This document shows positions 1 to 13,468 of a DNA stretch of 64,000 nt, in pieces. Location of the stretch: positions 327,918,001 to 327,982,000 of the forward strand of contig CM126204.1 of the NCBI GenBank assembly GCA_052327205.1, in the 5' to 3' direction. Position numbers and translations under genes: made by a program. Every line of letters starts with the position of its first letter. The stretch's first letter is position 1. The DNA is from Somniosus microcephalus. Its lineage: Eukaryota. The notes under the pieces were generated by a model. The model ran no database searches. It was not told the DNA's origin and worked only from the letters and a program-made list of their open reading frames with translations.

Positions 1-216
1 ACAAAGCAATATTTTGGCCAATTATAACTAGCATCGCCTTAAAGATGACAGCTTTTCTTAAAGTGAGAATTTCACTGGCACTGTAGTAATTTTTTTTTAC
101 GGGTGTTATAATGTTATTTTTAATATTATGTTAACATCCTTGCCATCCTCCAGTGTATTTCTATATGATGTTAAATAAAATTGTTAAAATACTGAGCACA
201 GATGGTATTTAAGTGG

Positions 217-390
217 AATAAAAACAGAAAATGCTGGAAATACTCAGCAGGTCAGGCAGCATCTGTGGAGAGAGAAACAGAGGTAACGTTTCAGGTCGAT
301 GACCTTTCATCAGATGTTGCCTGACCTGCTGAGTATTTGCAGCATTTTCTGTTTTTATTTCAGATTTCTAGCATCCAATGTATTTTGTTT
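217..390. mobile_element. Palindromic Penelope-derived repeat with a hammerhead core on the minus strand
   Basis: Arms of about 45 bp (AAAACAGAAAATGCTGGAAATACTCAGCAGGTCAGGCAGCATCTG and its inverse). CTGATGA-AAGGTCATCGACCT-GAAACGTT lies at 313-285. Confidence 0.65.
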
Positions 391-494
391 TGGTATTTAA
401 GTGGAGACTGGTTCAGAAGAACTCCTGAACACCACAATGTGAAGTAGCTGAAGTGACATGACCTGTGTTGCAAGATCCAGAGCTCACCTGGGTT

Positions 495-813
495 AATCCC
501 AGAGGGGATCGATAACCTTTCTCAATCCCAGAGCGGATCGATAACCTTTCTCAATCCCAGAGCGGATCGATAACCTTTCTCAATCCCAGAGCGGATCGAT
601 AACCTTTCTCAATCCCAGAGCGGATCGATAACCTTTCTCAATCCCAGAGCGGATCGATAACCTTTCTCAATCCCAGAGCGGATCGATAACCTTTCTCAAT
701 CCCAGAGCGGGTCGATAACCTTTCTCAATCCCAGAGCGGATCGATAACCTTTCTCAATCCCAGAGCGGATCGATAACCTTTCTCAATCCCAGAGCGGATC
801 GATAACCTTTCTC
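495..813. repeat. 29-bp minisatellite, about 11 copies
   Basis: Unit CCCAGAGCGGATCGATAACCTTTCTCAAT, nearly invariant, no spacers. Confidence 0.95.
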
Positions 814-2545
814 CTGCGAGCAAAAGGCTCCCATTGGAGCTGAAGGTTTTTAAAAGAAGCTCCTTTTCTTCAGTTCGGGAACCTTACGAGATCTCAGGCA
901 GGGAAACTTACAAGGCGAATTGGGAAGGGTGCTGCTGGAACCCCCCCTTACAGGTAGCAGAGTTCTGACCCAATCATACAAATGGCCCCATTCCCGCAAT
1001 TTCAGACGGGCAGCCAGGATTTCCGCTCCGCGTAACGTCTGGTGGTGGAGTGGGACTCCTGAAAGTTCAGGCCATGTATCTTTACTGATATTAACTTAGC
1101 TCCTTCATGCTGACAGGCTTTGTATTTCCTATTTATGACAGTTCTTCTAATAACATTATTGGCACTCAGAAATAAATAGGCAGAAGGATGTTAAAGTTAA
1201 TGATAATTCTTTGAAACGTTTTGATTTTTAAAAGGAATCTTGGTGGTGAGACTGTCTCTTTAAAAGGGAATCCCAGTAATGAGATCCTGATGGCGAGGCT
1301 CCTTCTTTAACAGGGGTTCCAGTGACGAGACCCTCTTCTTTAAAAGGGACCTGATGGTGGGACTCGCTCTTTAAGAATGAAAGAGTGATGTAAGAGGCAG
1401 GATTATATGAGCATCCACTTACTGCAGCTGGCTACTCCAGAGTTCAGGTCAAAGGGCAGCACTGATTGCCCTTGCAAGGAATTCCTTTGCAGTGCGGTTA
1501 TTGGAAGGCAAATCAGCCTGATTTAGGCTTTAACTCTTTCAAAACCACTTGGGACCAAAACAAAGCAAGCCCACATTAATAAAAATAATAATTCTATGAT
1601 CGCGTAATGGCTAGTTTTCAAACTGAATGTTCTTTAGAATGTCGTCAAAGTGGGTGCAACACTTGCACAACCACCAGCGCCAGGCCTGATCAACTAATAC
1701 CTGGCAACTGTGACTGCGCCTTCCTGAAGCACCCCCAATAAGGTAAGCACACATTTTCGCCCTCATTTGTGATATACACAACCTGCTCTGGTTGACAGGG
1801 TTGGCAGGCATCCTGGAGTCCAAGTCACTACGTAACTAGCCTGTGGCAGAAGCATGGGCTCATCCTGCAGACAGAAGAGCCATGTTTCTGTGGATCAGAA
1901 TGCTGGTATTCCTATAGGGGCATCCACCTTGCCCACCTCTTAACAGCTTGTAGTTTTCACTCCCAGATTAGTTACAGCACAGGTTAACTGTAAGGCAGAG
2001 CCCCTTCAAGAATGCCAGAAATGCTATACCTTACCCTGCAATTTCAAAAGAATATCATCTGCTTCTCCACCGTGACATGTGCATTTCTCACTCCAGCCAC
2101 TCTTGCTGCCTTTCTGACTGAGTCCCCAATAGGTGTTAATTAGCGTACGATTAGAGATGGTTTTGTATTGTAGACTCAAGACTACTAGGAAATGGCCTGA
2201 GCCTCTTTAAACTCCCTGGGAGGTAAAATTCCATGGTGGATTTTCCCAATCGCCCGCTGTAACTTTGGCAGGAGAGCCACGGACACCCTGAAAAAAACGG
2301 CTTACACGGCATTTATGCCATTTTTCCAGGGTTTCCGCAGCTCTTCCGCTGAAGTTACGGTAAACGATTGGGGGAGCCCCATGGAAATTCATCCCCGATA
2401 AACTTATTAGCCACTTAAGATAGAAAAGACACATTCATATAATCAGTCTGGTATGGGTTCAAACCGCAGACTCAGACTTTTACCTAATTGCGCCACTTAG
2501 ACCCAATGCTAACTCCTCTAATTTTTCTTCTCCCTCTTGCCTTAC

Positions 2546-2667
2546 CTCAGCAGTATGTTCTGGGAATCTTTCTTCACGCCGCCCAAAATCAGCTCCTCTT
2601 GCCAATGCATAAACTTCTTTGAGAATCCATGGCAGCCTCCAGTTAATTCTGTGGGAATATTAGGAGC
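2546..2667 (-). CDS. ptch2: Patched-2 exon 7 ([30 protein letters not shown]...); the gene continues beyond the left edge of the window
   Basis: TTACAG acceptor and GTAAGG donor; 122 nt; [21 protein letters not shown] motif. No exon 8 was seen in 1-2545. Confidence 0.95.
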
Positions 2668-3434
2668 CTGTAACAATATAAAAATTATGTTTAATTTACA
2701 CTTAGTAACATAACTGTGAGCTTTCATTGTTCACACTCAAGTAACAGGTTCTAATCTCAAGTGGGGGTTCACAGAGAACAGAGGCATCACTAGTTCTCTT
2801 AAAAATGTAAGTAGATAACTGGAGCCTTTACTACTAACTTACATGTAAAGGGCCACCTTGATCTGAGTGTTCCCAGTCTCCGGATAGTCACACTTGCCTG
2901 TGCCCATATTTCTTCTGAGAGCCTTCACAAGGCATTTAATGCAGTGGATGAACAAAGCAGAAGGGACAACTTTACCTGCAACTGCCAATTTGTGCGTAGC
3001 TTTGTTCTGTGGACCCACACCCACAAGAAATTGGGTTTAGACTTTTTCCAACATAGGTCCTGTACCATTGTCGGAGGGAGGAGATTTTCATTCTATCAGT
3101 CTCGTCAGGATTCAAAAACCCAGGACCAAGAAGTGAAATGGCAGTAATATTCAACAAACTTCACCTGGTCTCTTAATGTAACTCCTCAAATGAATAAGGA
3201 AGCCATATGCTGAATACTGGGGTCCTTCACAACTAAAAAGTACACTGGCCCTAACTGTCAAAAACTACCGGGTAAATTCTGCTCTGTTGCATTCGCAATT
3301 CAGAGCTTTGCGCACTGGGACTATTCCCAAATTCCTGTATTACTCCCGCCATGTGAAGCTCAGCGCTGGAAGTGCTAAAGACTAAAATTTACCTTGAGGT
3401 CAAAAGTACAGAAATAAATTGCTAAAGTGCTTAC

Positions 3435-3630
3435 CTCCAGTGATTTTTTGTTTCGAGCAGTCATAGGGCACTCAGTGTCAACTGGTTGTAAGCAAGGTCT
3501 ATCCATGTAAGCATGTCCTACTTGGGCCTTATCTAGCATTTCCCTGAATCCCTCCAAAGATGTAAACTGCCCCAGTTCATCCAAGAGCTGCACAGGGTCA
3601 AGGTTCAGCCACTGAATATCTGGTTTTCCT
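3435..3630 (-). CDS. ptch2: Patched-2 exon 6 (GKPDIQWLNLDP...HAYMDRPCLQPVDTECPMTARNKKSLE)
   Basis: TTCAACAG acceptor and GTAAGC donor; 196 nt; extracellular domain 1 motifs. Confidence 0.95.
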
Positions 3631-6600
3631 CTGTTGAAAGAAAAATAATCCATAAATTGTTCATTTTTGCTAAGCCAACAAATATGCTCCCCCACCTCCG
3701 ATTGATACCACTGATGCACGAATCTGGAGTAGTCTGTAACAGGTAGTCTATAAACAGGCTAAGGATTCATCTCCACAATGGCTGTATTATTTACCATGCA
3801 GGTTGAGCTCTCTTCACTGGAGTTAGATGTGATAGCTCATGGACTATTTGTTGCATGCTCAACCAATGGGCTAAAAGTTCAAAACCCATTCTTGACTAGC
3901 ATTCAAAGCCAACTTTGATGGTTCTTATCAAAGCCAGTAGATGGAGTGCTCCACTAAGTTTCATAAAGGACAAATCAAAGAGAAAAAATAATTACTCTTT
4001 TTAAAACACAGCATTATAAGTATTGCAAAAGTACAATAATATTGATCATTATAACACTATGTTTTTCACTTGAGAAGAAGCATCACAGAACCAATCTCTA
4101 CCCTCACTAGTGACAATGGATCCAAAATGCCTTGGGGGTTCTGCTGGTCTCCCAGCATAACTCTGGCAGGAACCCCACAGAAAATTATGTAAACCTGGTT
4201 GCACTGGGTCTCTGCCAACTCTGTGAGTCTCCTGGTTGCCTTGTATGTGGCAGATTGATGGTTAGGTGGTAGAGGAAGGGTGGGAACTCTCAGAGCTGGG
4301 AGTTCGCACTCCTCAAGCTCCAGTGGGACCTGGCATATCAGTGGAGGCTGGTACCTTGTGTGAGTGGAGGCGTACCAGCATCCACAAGGTGTATGTGGGC
4401 TCCACCATAGGTCCCAGGTCAGGCAAGCACCCTGGAACACTGAAGACCGTGATTTTTAAAACATTTTTTATAGATAAACCTCTTTGCTCAGGGGGATGTG
4501 GGGATGATGGCTGGGGTCGGGGTGTTGGGGGGGGGGGGCGCAGGGTGTGTCACTTGGAGACCCCCTGCCCCACAGATATGCAAGCGCTGAAGTTTTGGGC
4601 GGGCGTGGGCAATTTGACACTGGAGATGCAACCAAAATGGCACGAGCACCTGACTAGCCCAAGTAAATGAGGTGCTCTCCCACTAACCGCACCAAGGTCA
4701 GCGCTGCCGGAAGGCGCCATCAGACACGATCCTAGTGACCTGAGCAACTTCAGGCCAATGTATCACGCCTCCTCTGACTAGCCCTTGCCCTCATTCTATT
4801 AACCAAGGCATTTGAATTCTGTGACTAGCTCTCGCCCTCATGCTAACTATATTGCTAGTTTCGGAATACGTGGCCAGGTGTTACAAGTTCTGTGCCAAGT
4901 TTGTTCAAAGATTCTGCTAACGTTGCTTTTTGAACTTTTTTCAATATAACCAAGCAGATGTTATTTACAGAGGATGTCTCAATATCAAGGATCTCTTTTA
5001 ATGGGCATGTTTCACCATCAAGACCTTTTTAAAATCTTTTTTCTGTCTATCCTGTTGATTTTTATGTGGGATATTGCTATTTATACAGTGAATCAGTGAG
5101 AGGGTGGGTGTGTGTTGGAGGAGTTACAAAGTGAGACAGTATAAGGGAGAGGAATTATCGTTAACCTGGGAAACCTCTGAATTTTTTGTTTTGTCTGTTG
5201 TCATTTCAACGGCAGGTGTTAATTCATCACCTCCCCACTGTCAGGTCCAGCAGTTACTACAAGTCAATTCTGTTGATGATGTTATTCCAGTTACTGTTTG
5301 AGTAAAAATATCTGCTGCCCAAAAAAAACCCAACAAAAATAGGCATTGCAGAAAGAAACGTTACTGACAATCATAAATCTTTTTAACTGTTCAGTTTATA
5401 AAGGGGGCTACTGATGACAAGACTCCCTCTTTATAGAAGTGATAATATCTGTTTCAGTTACTGTGCAGGAAGATTTCCTCTGTCCACCACTTGTAGTGAA
5501 ATCAAAAACACATGTATGAAGAATGCATGTATAACTTTGGCTACAAACAGTAAACGAAGAAATCTCCCCCATGTCACCAAGTTCTTCTGATCGCTATGTG
5601 CTTCAGTTGCTCCACACTTCTAATGTTCGTCTTAGCGGAGAAGGCAACTCTACAGGTAACTTCTGTCAATAGCAACTGTTTACCCTGAAAGGAACCAGCC
5701 CGCAATCACTTTCTAAAGACACCGCTGTCATTGATACTGTCCAAAGTCTCATGTCACTCCACCACACCTGCCCCATCCTTCACAGCAAGAAGTGGACGAA
5801 TAAATAGGGGAACCCCATAAATACAAATATTTTTCAAAATGAAAATTTTGTGTTCTCATTGCTAATTCCCCTCCCCCCCCTCAAAATATTACAAAACACA
5901 TCGAGCTAGCCTAGGAGTAAGTACTTCCTATTGACGATACTTACCCATAGCGGTACCTTCTCCTTTAAGCTTATATCATTGCCAGATGCAGAGTAAAAGA
6001 CCATGTATTATCCCATTATGGAGGAACAAAGTGAGGGAAAGCCTGATCAGGCCGCGGTGCCCACTCGCATTTCTTAACTTTGTGCAGTGAGACATGACAA
6101 TTACTGGGGATCTCGCAAATGTCTTGATATTACTGGCGTGCGGTTTGTCCTGGGTCATTTTAAATTCCTGCAGGGAACGTGGGGAAGAGACCCTCTCCTC
6201 CTCTTCTGACTTGACGTCGTTGGGGTGGTTAATGAGATATGCTTGTCAGCTGAAGAACTGACTAAACTGTAATAAGAAGCAACCTGCATGTGAGTGAGAG
6301 GAACAGGCCCTTTAAGGAGGCTTTAAGAGGCCACCCTACCTGTGAGCTTTTCTGTCTGTAGGCTTTATGTTTAAGGAAATAGGGCAAATGGCTCCCTGGG
6401 GCATTATGCTATAGTTTAGTTTTACAGGGTGTTTATTCAACAATCAAGAAAATGAAATATACCAAAACCAAAAAATAATCTTAATGTTAACACCAATAAA
6501 ATATCAATGGGAATATTAGTATGCAAACGTATTAATACGCTTGTATGATTTTGGCCTATCCAGTATTTTACTGTCTCTGTTAAAATAGTGGACGGAGGAA

Positions 6601-8638
6601 TTTCATACAAATGTGCTAACATTTCACACAGCACAATATCACCCTATTAGAAAGTAAGAGAAACATAACAATTAGCTGAACTGCAGAAAAAAATCATTTT
6701 ATAAAGCATTTTGATATCTGATGTGGCAAGACATTAGAATCCTGTTCCCACCATTCGTGTTTCTTTAAAGATGGGATTAGTGACCTCCTGTTTAAGATTT
6801 CAAACTCTGCTGCAATTAGGTGACGTTTTAATAAACCCATTTTCCTTCAGCGGGCACTCTCCACCTGCACTTATCCAGGCTATATGTCAGGCCCGATCAA
6901 ATTAATTTTTCATTAAAGGTCTTTCCTCTAAATAATCAGATTACGCCCCACAAACAGAGCTCTGCGGTCTCCAACTCTGGCTGCCACTCTTGATTGTGTC
7001 TCTCCCCCTCCCCCATTGTGCTCGTTCCTCCTCCCACTCTCCATGTAACAGCTCTCTTCTCAGCCACATTAAATCATTAATCTCTTCATCTGTAAAATAT
7101 CCTTTTGTACGGTTTTCTCCCGCAACCACAAAGAGTGTCTTTTTTTTCCTCTCTCTTTCTTTCTTCTCATTTCAGTGCATTTCAATACTCACTGCTGCCA
7201 GCTCATCACCATTTGGGAGCTGAGCGGAAAACTGCACTCAGGAAGGCAGGATAGAAGAGGTTCCTATATGGACCTCGCACCCTCCTCCCCAGACTGCCGC
7301 TCTCCATTTCGACAAGACCTAATAAAGTTCTTCAGAACTGTCAGGTCTCTTTTTACTTAGCTACTTTACTGGAGTGGGTGGAGGATGGGTGGGGGGGGGG
7401 TGGTGGGGGAGTGGTGGAAGAATAAGTCAATCTATTGTCCTTTTTATTGCAAGCCTTTCTGTAACATTTAAATAAGCTAAGTTGCTTAGGTGACCCAAGT
7501 AAATAATATAAAATGTTACTTTGATGAGCTATGGAATACTGAGTGATTATACGCTAGTATTTTAAGCATAAAGTGCGCAAGATATAAGGGTGAAGTTCAA
7601 AAACTTTCAAACTATCCTCTAATGACTGAGATCAGGTAACAATCTTAAAATTGCTCCTTACCATCTGCTCTCATTTAATATCTTATGTATATATACTATA
7701 TATATTAAAACAAATGAAGGCAGAGAGATGTTGGTGTTTTACTGCATTTCTGTGCTGCCGGTGGCTGTCAGCAGATGCTGACTGGTGGCAGACTTCAGCT
7801 CCTTAATGCGTAGTGATGTTTGCACAAGAGAAGTGACAATCTGTGACATCATCACCACAGGTTTAAGGTTTACTCGCAAACGATCAGGACAACTGAATAA
7901 GTCAAACTCTGTTTTATTGCACGGGATTCTGCGATTTTTATGGGTGTTTTGGGGATTGAATTCCAAAATACCGTCCCTTTTTCCGCGCGAACGATAAAGC
8001 CAGTGGTCTTGCAAAGAATCTGTGACACATGACATGAAATGCTATCGATCATAAATGATTTGATGGTTCAGCATTGGCCATATGTCCGTAAAGGAAATTT
8101 GAAAAAAGTGTTTTTTCAGACACTCACTTAACAAAAAAAAAGGACTTGGCTGTCATTTTAATATCTCCTGAGCTTTACAGCAGCGCCCAAGCTGAAACCA
8201 GCGTTCCGACTATCCGAACTGAAATGATTTAAAATGTTCTTTGACTATCGGTACTGCCTTGTTTTATTAGTTTTCTTTTTAAGTCTGATTTTCAATTGTT
8301 TTCTCATTAATAAAGCCTGCCAATGATTTTGATTTTTTTTTCCAAGTGAAGGGATTTAAAAAAAAAATCTGTTGGAAAGAGAGACGCGAGTGTACAGGAC
8401 ATCTCAAATAGAAGACAAGGGGGATAAAAAGTCCAACTCTGGCAGAATGACACTCCAATAATTCATGAGCAAGGCATCGCATGAAGCAAGCTCTTTCTGA
8501 TTCCCACATACCAGCAACCCCTTCTACTGCAACCAAAGAGAGGCTCCTTTATCTCCTATTTCTTGCTTGAGTGAGCCTGCTCAAGCCCTTTTGTTTTTCC
8601 ACTTTTGAGAATAGATTGCCATTCTTTGTTCTCCTTCT

Positions 8639-8639
8639 T

Positions 8640-8675
<36 letters not shown>

Positions 8676-8680
8676 GCTCT
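8639..8680. repeat. (CT)n microsatellite
   Basis: Direct observation. Confidence 0.9.
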
Positions 8681-9337
8681 CGAACTGGCTGAACTGAAGC
8701 GGAAGCTGACGGCACACACAGACTAACCCTCGGCAGTGAAGGGAAAGGGACGGGAGGGGGTGGGGTGGGGTGAGGTGGGGTGGAGAGAAGTGGGGAAAGT
8801 TCTGTGGTTCAGAGGGAGGGAGGAAACAAACTCAAAAGATGCTAAATATTGAATATGTCACACATAACACAGTGATTTTTTTTTTTAAAAGAGCATTTGA
8901 AAGAATAAGAGTCAGTGTCAGTTTAACACTACAGAGTAAACACAAAAAAAAAGCTGTGAAAAATCTTTCAAGAATGGAATGCTGTCAAGTGAGCTGATTT
9001 TAATCGAAAGAGGGCCTTTCTCTTCTCAGGGGCATTTTTTAAATCGGGCCCGTGGCATGAATAATGTGTACATTTTATTTGTTGGGCAACTTGCAGCAAT
9101 AAGGCTCAGATTAGCATGAGAATAACTTCAGTTACCGTCTGTTGACAAAGAATTCCCATGGGTCTCTCTGCTCCGCCTGACAAGTAACCACATCGCAGGG
9201 GAAGAATGCAAGCCATTGTTCAGCCTCTCACCACTTTAATTCAGACCCAAAACTTGGGAGAAACATCCAGTGTGTCGTTTTCAGAGTACCAATCCCTAAA
9301 ACCCCAGAAACATAATCATTAACGCAGTCGTACTTAC

Positions 9338-9429
9338 GGTAGATAAGCAGAACCTCCTTGAAGCTTGGCACCATCCCAGAAACAGTCCAGGGGAGTTAGA
9401 ATGACACAGGGAAAAAGCTTCTCAATCAT
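9338..9429 (-). CDS. ptch2: Patched-2 exon 5 ([31 protein letters not shown])
   Basis: CTCTAG acceptor and GTAAGT donor; 92 nt; Patched TPLDCFWxG motif. Confidence 0.95.
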
Positions 9430-10658
9430 CTAGAGGGTGCAGGGAAAGCAAGTGAACAAATATTACTATATTTTACCATAACCAAGGCAATAAAAGCAGA
9501 AAAATTGGGAGAAAACAATTCATTTAGGCTTATTTTGACTGTTGGTTTCCATTAATTAGAGTCTGTTGTCGAAGCAAAGTATTTTTAGTGATTGGGGAAG
9601 GGGGGGGGGGGCAAGACATTACCGTGTCTATAAATGTTGGTGTGTGTGCATTGACATCCTTGGTTTATGGTGGTGCAATCCCTTTACTGACCCTTGAGTC
9701 TCTCACTAAATTGCAAAGACTGGAAAAAAAATGACTTGATAAAATGTCATAGTGCTACCACAGTGCTAAAAGAAATAGTTAAAGACTGAGGTTTGGGGGA
9801 AGGCTGATCATGGCTGACCCAAGTTTGTCCAGGATGACTCATGCAAAGGGGTACATTTCCAAGGCAATGGTAATCCTTCAGTGCCTCGCCCCAAATAGTC
9901 ATTGTTCATGTGTGTTCCTGGATAGTGAAACCTCATCAGGCTATTCAATCATAAGATCCATCAGAGCTGAACCTAACCCTGCCCTCGCCCAACGTCCACA
10001 GATATGTGCCATCCAGCAGGGGTTACTGCATAATGATCGCCACTGGCTGATTTTCCACACCTTAGCCCAGGCATGCTAAAGCCAATCATAGTATCTTTAG
10101 CACCGCCCTGGCCAAGATCAACTAACTGTATATCAACCAGGGACTGAACATGTCTTGGTTAGTGTGGCTCAATAACACCCCAAGCAGTGCATTTACCCAC
10201 AGCCATTTGGGGAGCTTGCTTTTTAACAGAATTATTTATTACAGAAGAAGCAAAAGCCCTAAGAGGTTCTTATCTTTGTCAGTCCAGAATGGAGCAGGAG
10301 TGCTCCTCCAGGCCCCACAAGGAAAGTCTGAGCCTCTGCTGCCCTGGGCTCCCCCCTTCTCACCCGCGAGACCCTGCTCAGACCCGCCCCCACCTCCCGT
10401 AACTTACCTGCATGCTATCATCGCCCATCGGCAGCCAGACAGCTGCCTCTTTACACCCACTTCCTGGCAGGCAGCTGGCCAGAAGAATGTAAATAAGGCC
10501 ACTACACTCTCCTGCATCACAGCAAGAGAATTGGAGAGTAACAAATCTATCACTGCAATGGGGTGAAATTCCTTTACTGATGCAAAATGGCAGAATGCCC
10601 GTCTTTATTCAGTAATGAATTCCTCCATATGTCACTGTCCTCCTTTACTTTTAAATCA

Positions 10659-11610
10659 GGGGACTCAAATTTCCAAGCCCCGAGGAGGCGGATTTGGAGG
10701 TGGGAGTGGTGAGAAAATTGCAGAATTGGGGGGCAGGGACCCATCCCGCCCCCAACCCGCCTCCGTGCCAATGTCCCAGGAGGCGGGTACCCGACCTGTG
10801 CTGGGAGCTGCCTTCCCGAGGCGGGAAGGGGATTAGTGCCGATTAACTGCCTGTTAACAGGTAGTTAACAGGCAGTTTTTTGCCTAATCCCTATTTTGAG
10901 CCCTGAAGTGTGAGCTTCCCAATGGCTCCGAACCACGCCAAGTTAGCGAGGTGAACCGTCGGTCTGAAGGGGTTGGAGGGATCGAGATGTCCATTGTGCA
11001 GGTGAGTGATGGGTGTATGTGTGCAGAGGTAAGTGTGTGAGGTAAGTGTAAAGTGTTTTAATAAGTTTTACTTACCTTTACTTTCTCCTGCAGGCTTCCT
11101 TCCTTGAGTTCTCGGGAGTCCCTCAGCTCACCGGCACAGAAAGCAGAATGGCCGCTGAACTGTCAAAAGCTGCAGCCTCTGCTTTCTGGTCTGGAGAGAT
11201 CTCTAACTGAGTCTGAGTAGAAGGACTCAAGTTAGAAGACAGATTGTCAGTGTTTGACAGCTTTACAGAGCTGTCAAATGCTGATTTTTCATCTGTCAAA
11301 AGCTCTTGACAGATGAAATGTCAATCACTGACGTCATCAGTAACCAGGTGTCCCTTAATTGGTCTGCTGAACCCGCTGGGCGGGCTTAACAAGGTCAATC
11401 AAGGGAAAATAGCGTGGGTTGGCCACAAGTCGATGAAGGCGGGACTACAACCCAAAAAGTGGGAGTTCCGCCTCCAAAAGCTCCCCATTGACAAAATCCA
11501 GCCCCTAGGGTGTGAAATTCAATTTTGGCAGGGGTGTGAAACAGGAGGTAGTGCTTCGACCGCCCATTATGCACGCTGCCCAATTTTCCACCGAAGTTGA
11601 ATTTCACCCC
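10659..11610. mobile_element. Cluster of GC-rich non-autonomous DNA transposon remnants
   Basis: GGG...AAATT termini. A palindromic unit at about 11508-11610 reads GTGAAATTCAA...TTGAATTTCAC. Confidence 0.5.
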
Positions 11611-12867
11611 CTTAGTTGCTGTATCAGTGGAAATGTGGGGGACTGGCTCCTGACATTCCCTTAATCTGATGGTACGTCCCATAGGCCACAAGGGAGATCC
11701 TTTCAAATTCTCGGCAGGCTCTCTCACACAGTCTCTAATACGGTCCACCGCTGGGTTGACAGAATTTGATGCCCGAGCTTGTAACCAACAACTTCTGCTC
11801 TTTAACTTCCAGCCTTAACTCTGGTCTGAACGAGCTTTCCTTTTTAGCCAGATGACAAGGCCTGGATCTTCCCACATTGCAACTCATTCTCCCACAGATC
11901 CAGCTCCTCCTTTGTTTCAAATGGCGAAGAACTCGGAAAAGAATTCTTCCGTATGTGATACGGGACTAGACATGGAAGAGAAGGAATACTAAAATACGAT
12001 ATACCACTGGATTAAATTACAGATTAGAAAAGTCAAGCAAACGGCAAACTGGCGAGTTATGATGCTTAACTGAAAAAAAAAGACATCTTTATTTAACAGC
12101 ACTTTTTTATGAGTCTTGAATTCGGCCAAAAACTGTATGGCTGAGTGTCAAACCTGAGTATAACAGGACACAATAATCTGTCATAATTCTTACGTTTTTT
12201 TAAAAAAGCTAATACCTTTACATATGAAAAGACACTATACAGTACTAATTTCTTGATTCTAACAAGAGGATTTCTGATCCTCGTAAACTACAATACCCAT
12301 TGTGGTCAGTGCGGGATTGATGTTTAATCATTTGTGGTTATGTGTGTGTGTGTGTGGGGTGGGGGGGGCGGGGTGAATGGGAGAGGAGGAAGAACAGAAC
12401 ACAGAGGAGATAATTAATGATGGTGTGTGCCAAACATCCTCTTCCGCTGGAGCATATACAGACTATGTTGGCAGAGACCATGTTGAACTCCAAACCATTA
12501 GCCAGCCATAAATCAGGGCAGCCTGTCATCAGCCTTCTGCCTCTGCGTCTCGATCATACTAGCTGGCTTTGAAACCCTGACAGCAACATGCAAGTTCTAT
12601 TGTACACCATACCATAGTGTCATATCATGTCAGGATCTCCACATGGGAGCATTTTTAAAAAAAAGTCTGCATTCCCCCATCACCATATTAAATTAACCCT
12701 TTCGCCCTTACAACATAATAAATAATATAGATGCCAGTTTGCGTTTCAAGACAAAGAGATGGTTAGCCGTAAGGTGTGGGTGTGAGGGCACAGGCCCGTT
12801 AACAAAGTGCTCTGGGTATAAAGGGTAGAGATTTATGAGCATTGCTAATACTGTTAAGATATTAAAT

Positions 12868-13220
12868 GGCTTCCCCAATGGTTCAGCAAGCTTACCTGGT
12901 GAACTATACAGACAAGGTAGGTCCAGGGCTCATCTCCAATCTCTGCTGAATTAGTCGATCTTAGACGGGGTGGTTGGAGGATTGCTACAATTGACCTCAG
13001 CACCCTTAGGTTAGGGCAGCAAAACTGAGTCATGGCTTCCAGCCCCGATGCCTATCCAGTGACCTCTGCTGAAAGTAGAGGGTGCTTGGATGGGGACAGG
13101 ATTGAGTTCTCCTTTAATGCCCCCTGTGATCATGCAGCCTGTCAATATTCAGTACCAAAGCTGATATATGAATACTGGCCATTTGGACAAGGTACTGGAG
13201 GGTGACTAGCAACCATGCCC
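12868..13220 (+). mobile_element. Old tRNA-type SINE, family unassigned; a related inverted copy lies at about 9860-10213
   Basis: Shared blocks (TTAGTYGATCTT, CAGTRACCYCTGCTG, GACAGGATTG) occur in opposite orientation at the two loci. Confidence 0.5.
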
Positions 13221-13468
13221 AGCAAGGAGACATCTTATGGAGAGGAGGGGCGAAAATGGGTGCGAACAGGGGAAAAGAAAGGTACTGACCAATGCCTACT
13301 GGTGCTAAGAAAATAATCATTGTAGGGGACTGGTTGGTACAGTGAGCTTTCACCTCTGGCATGTGCTTGTGAATCCAGCCCACAATGGTAGCTGAGAATT
13401 CTCTCTATTTCAGCTCTAATAGTTGCACAGTCTAAACACAGTTCCAGCAGATTGGATTCTGGAATTAT

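Noticed and set aside
495-813. CRISPR-like 29-bp repeats
   Set aside because: The units are head-to-tail with no spacers, there are no cas genes, and the context is a vertebrate intron.
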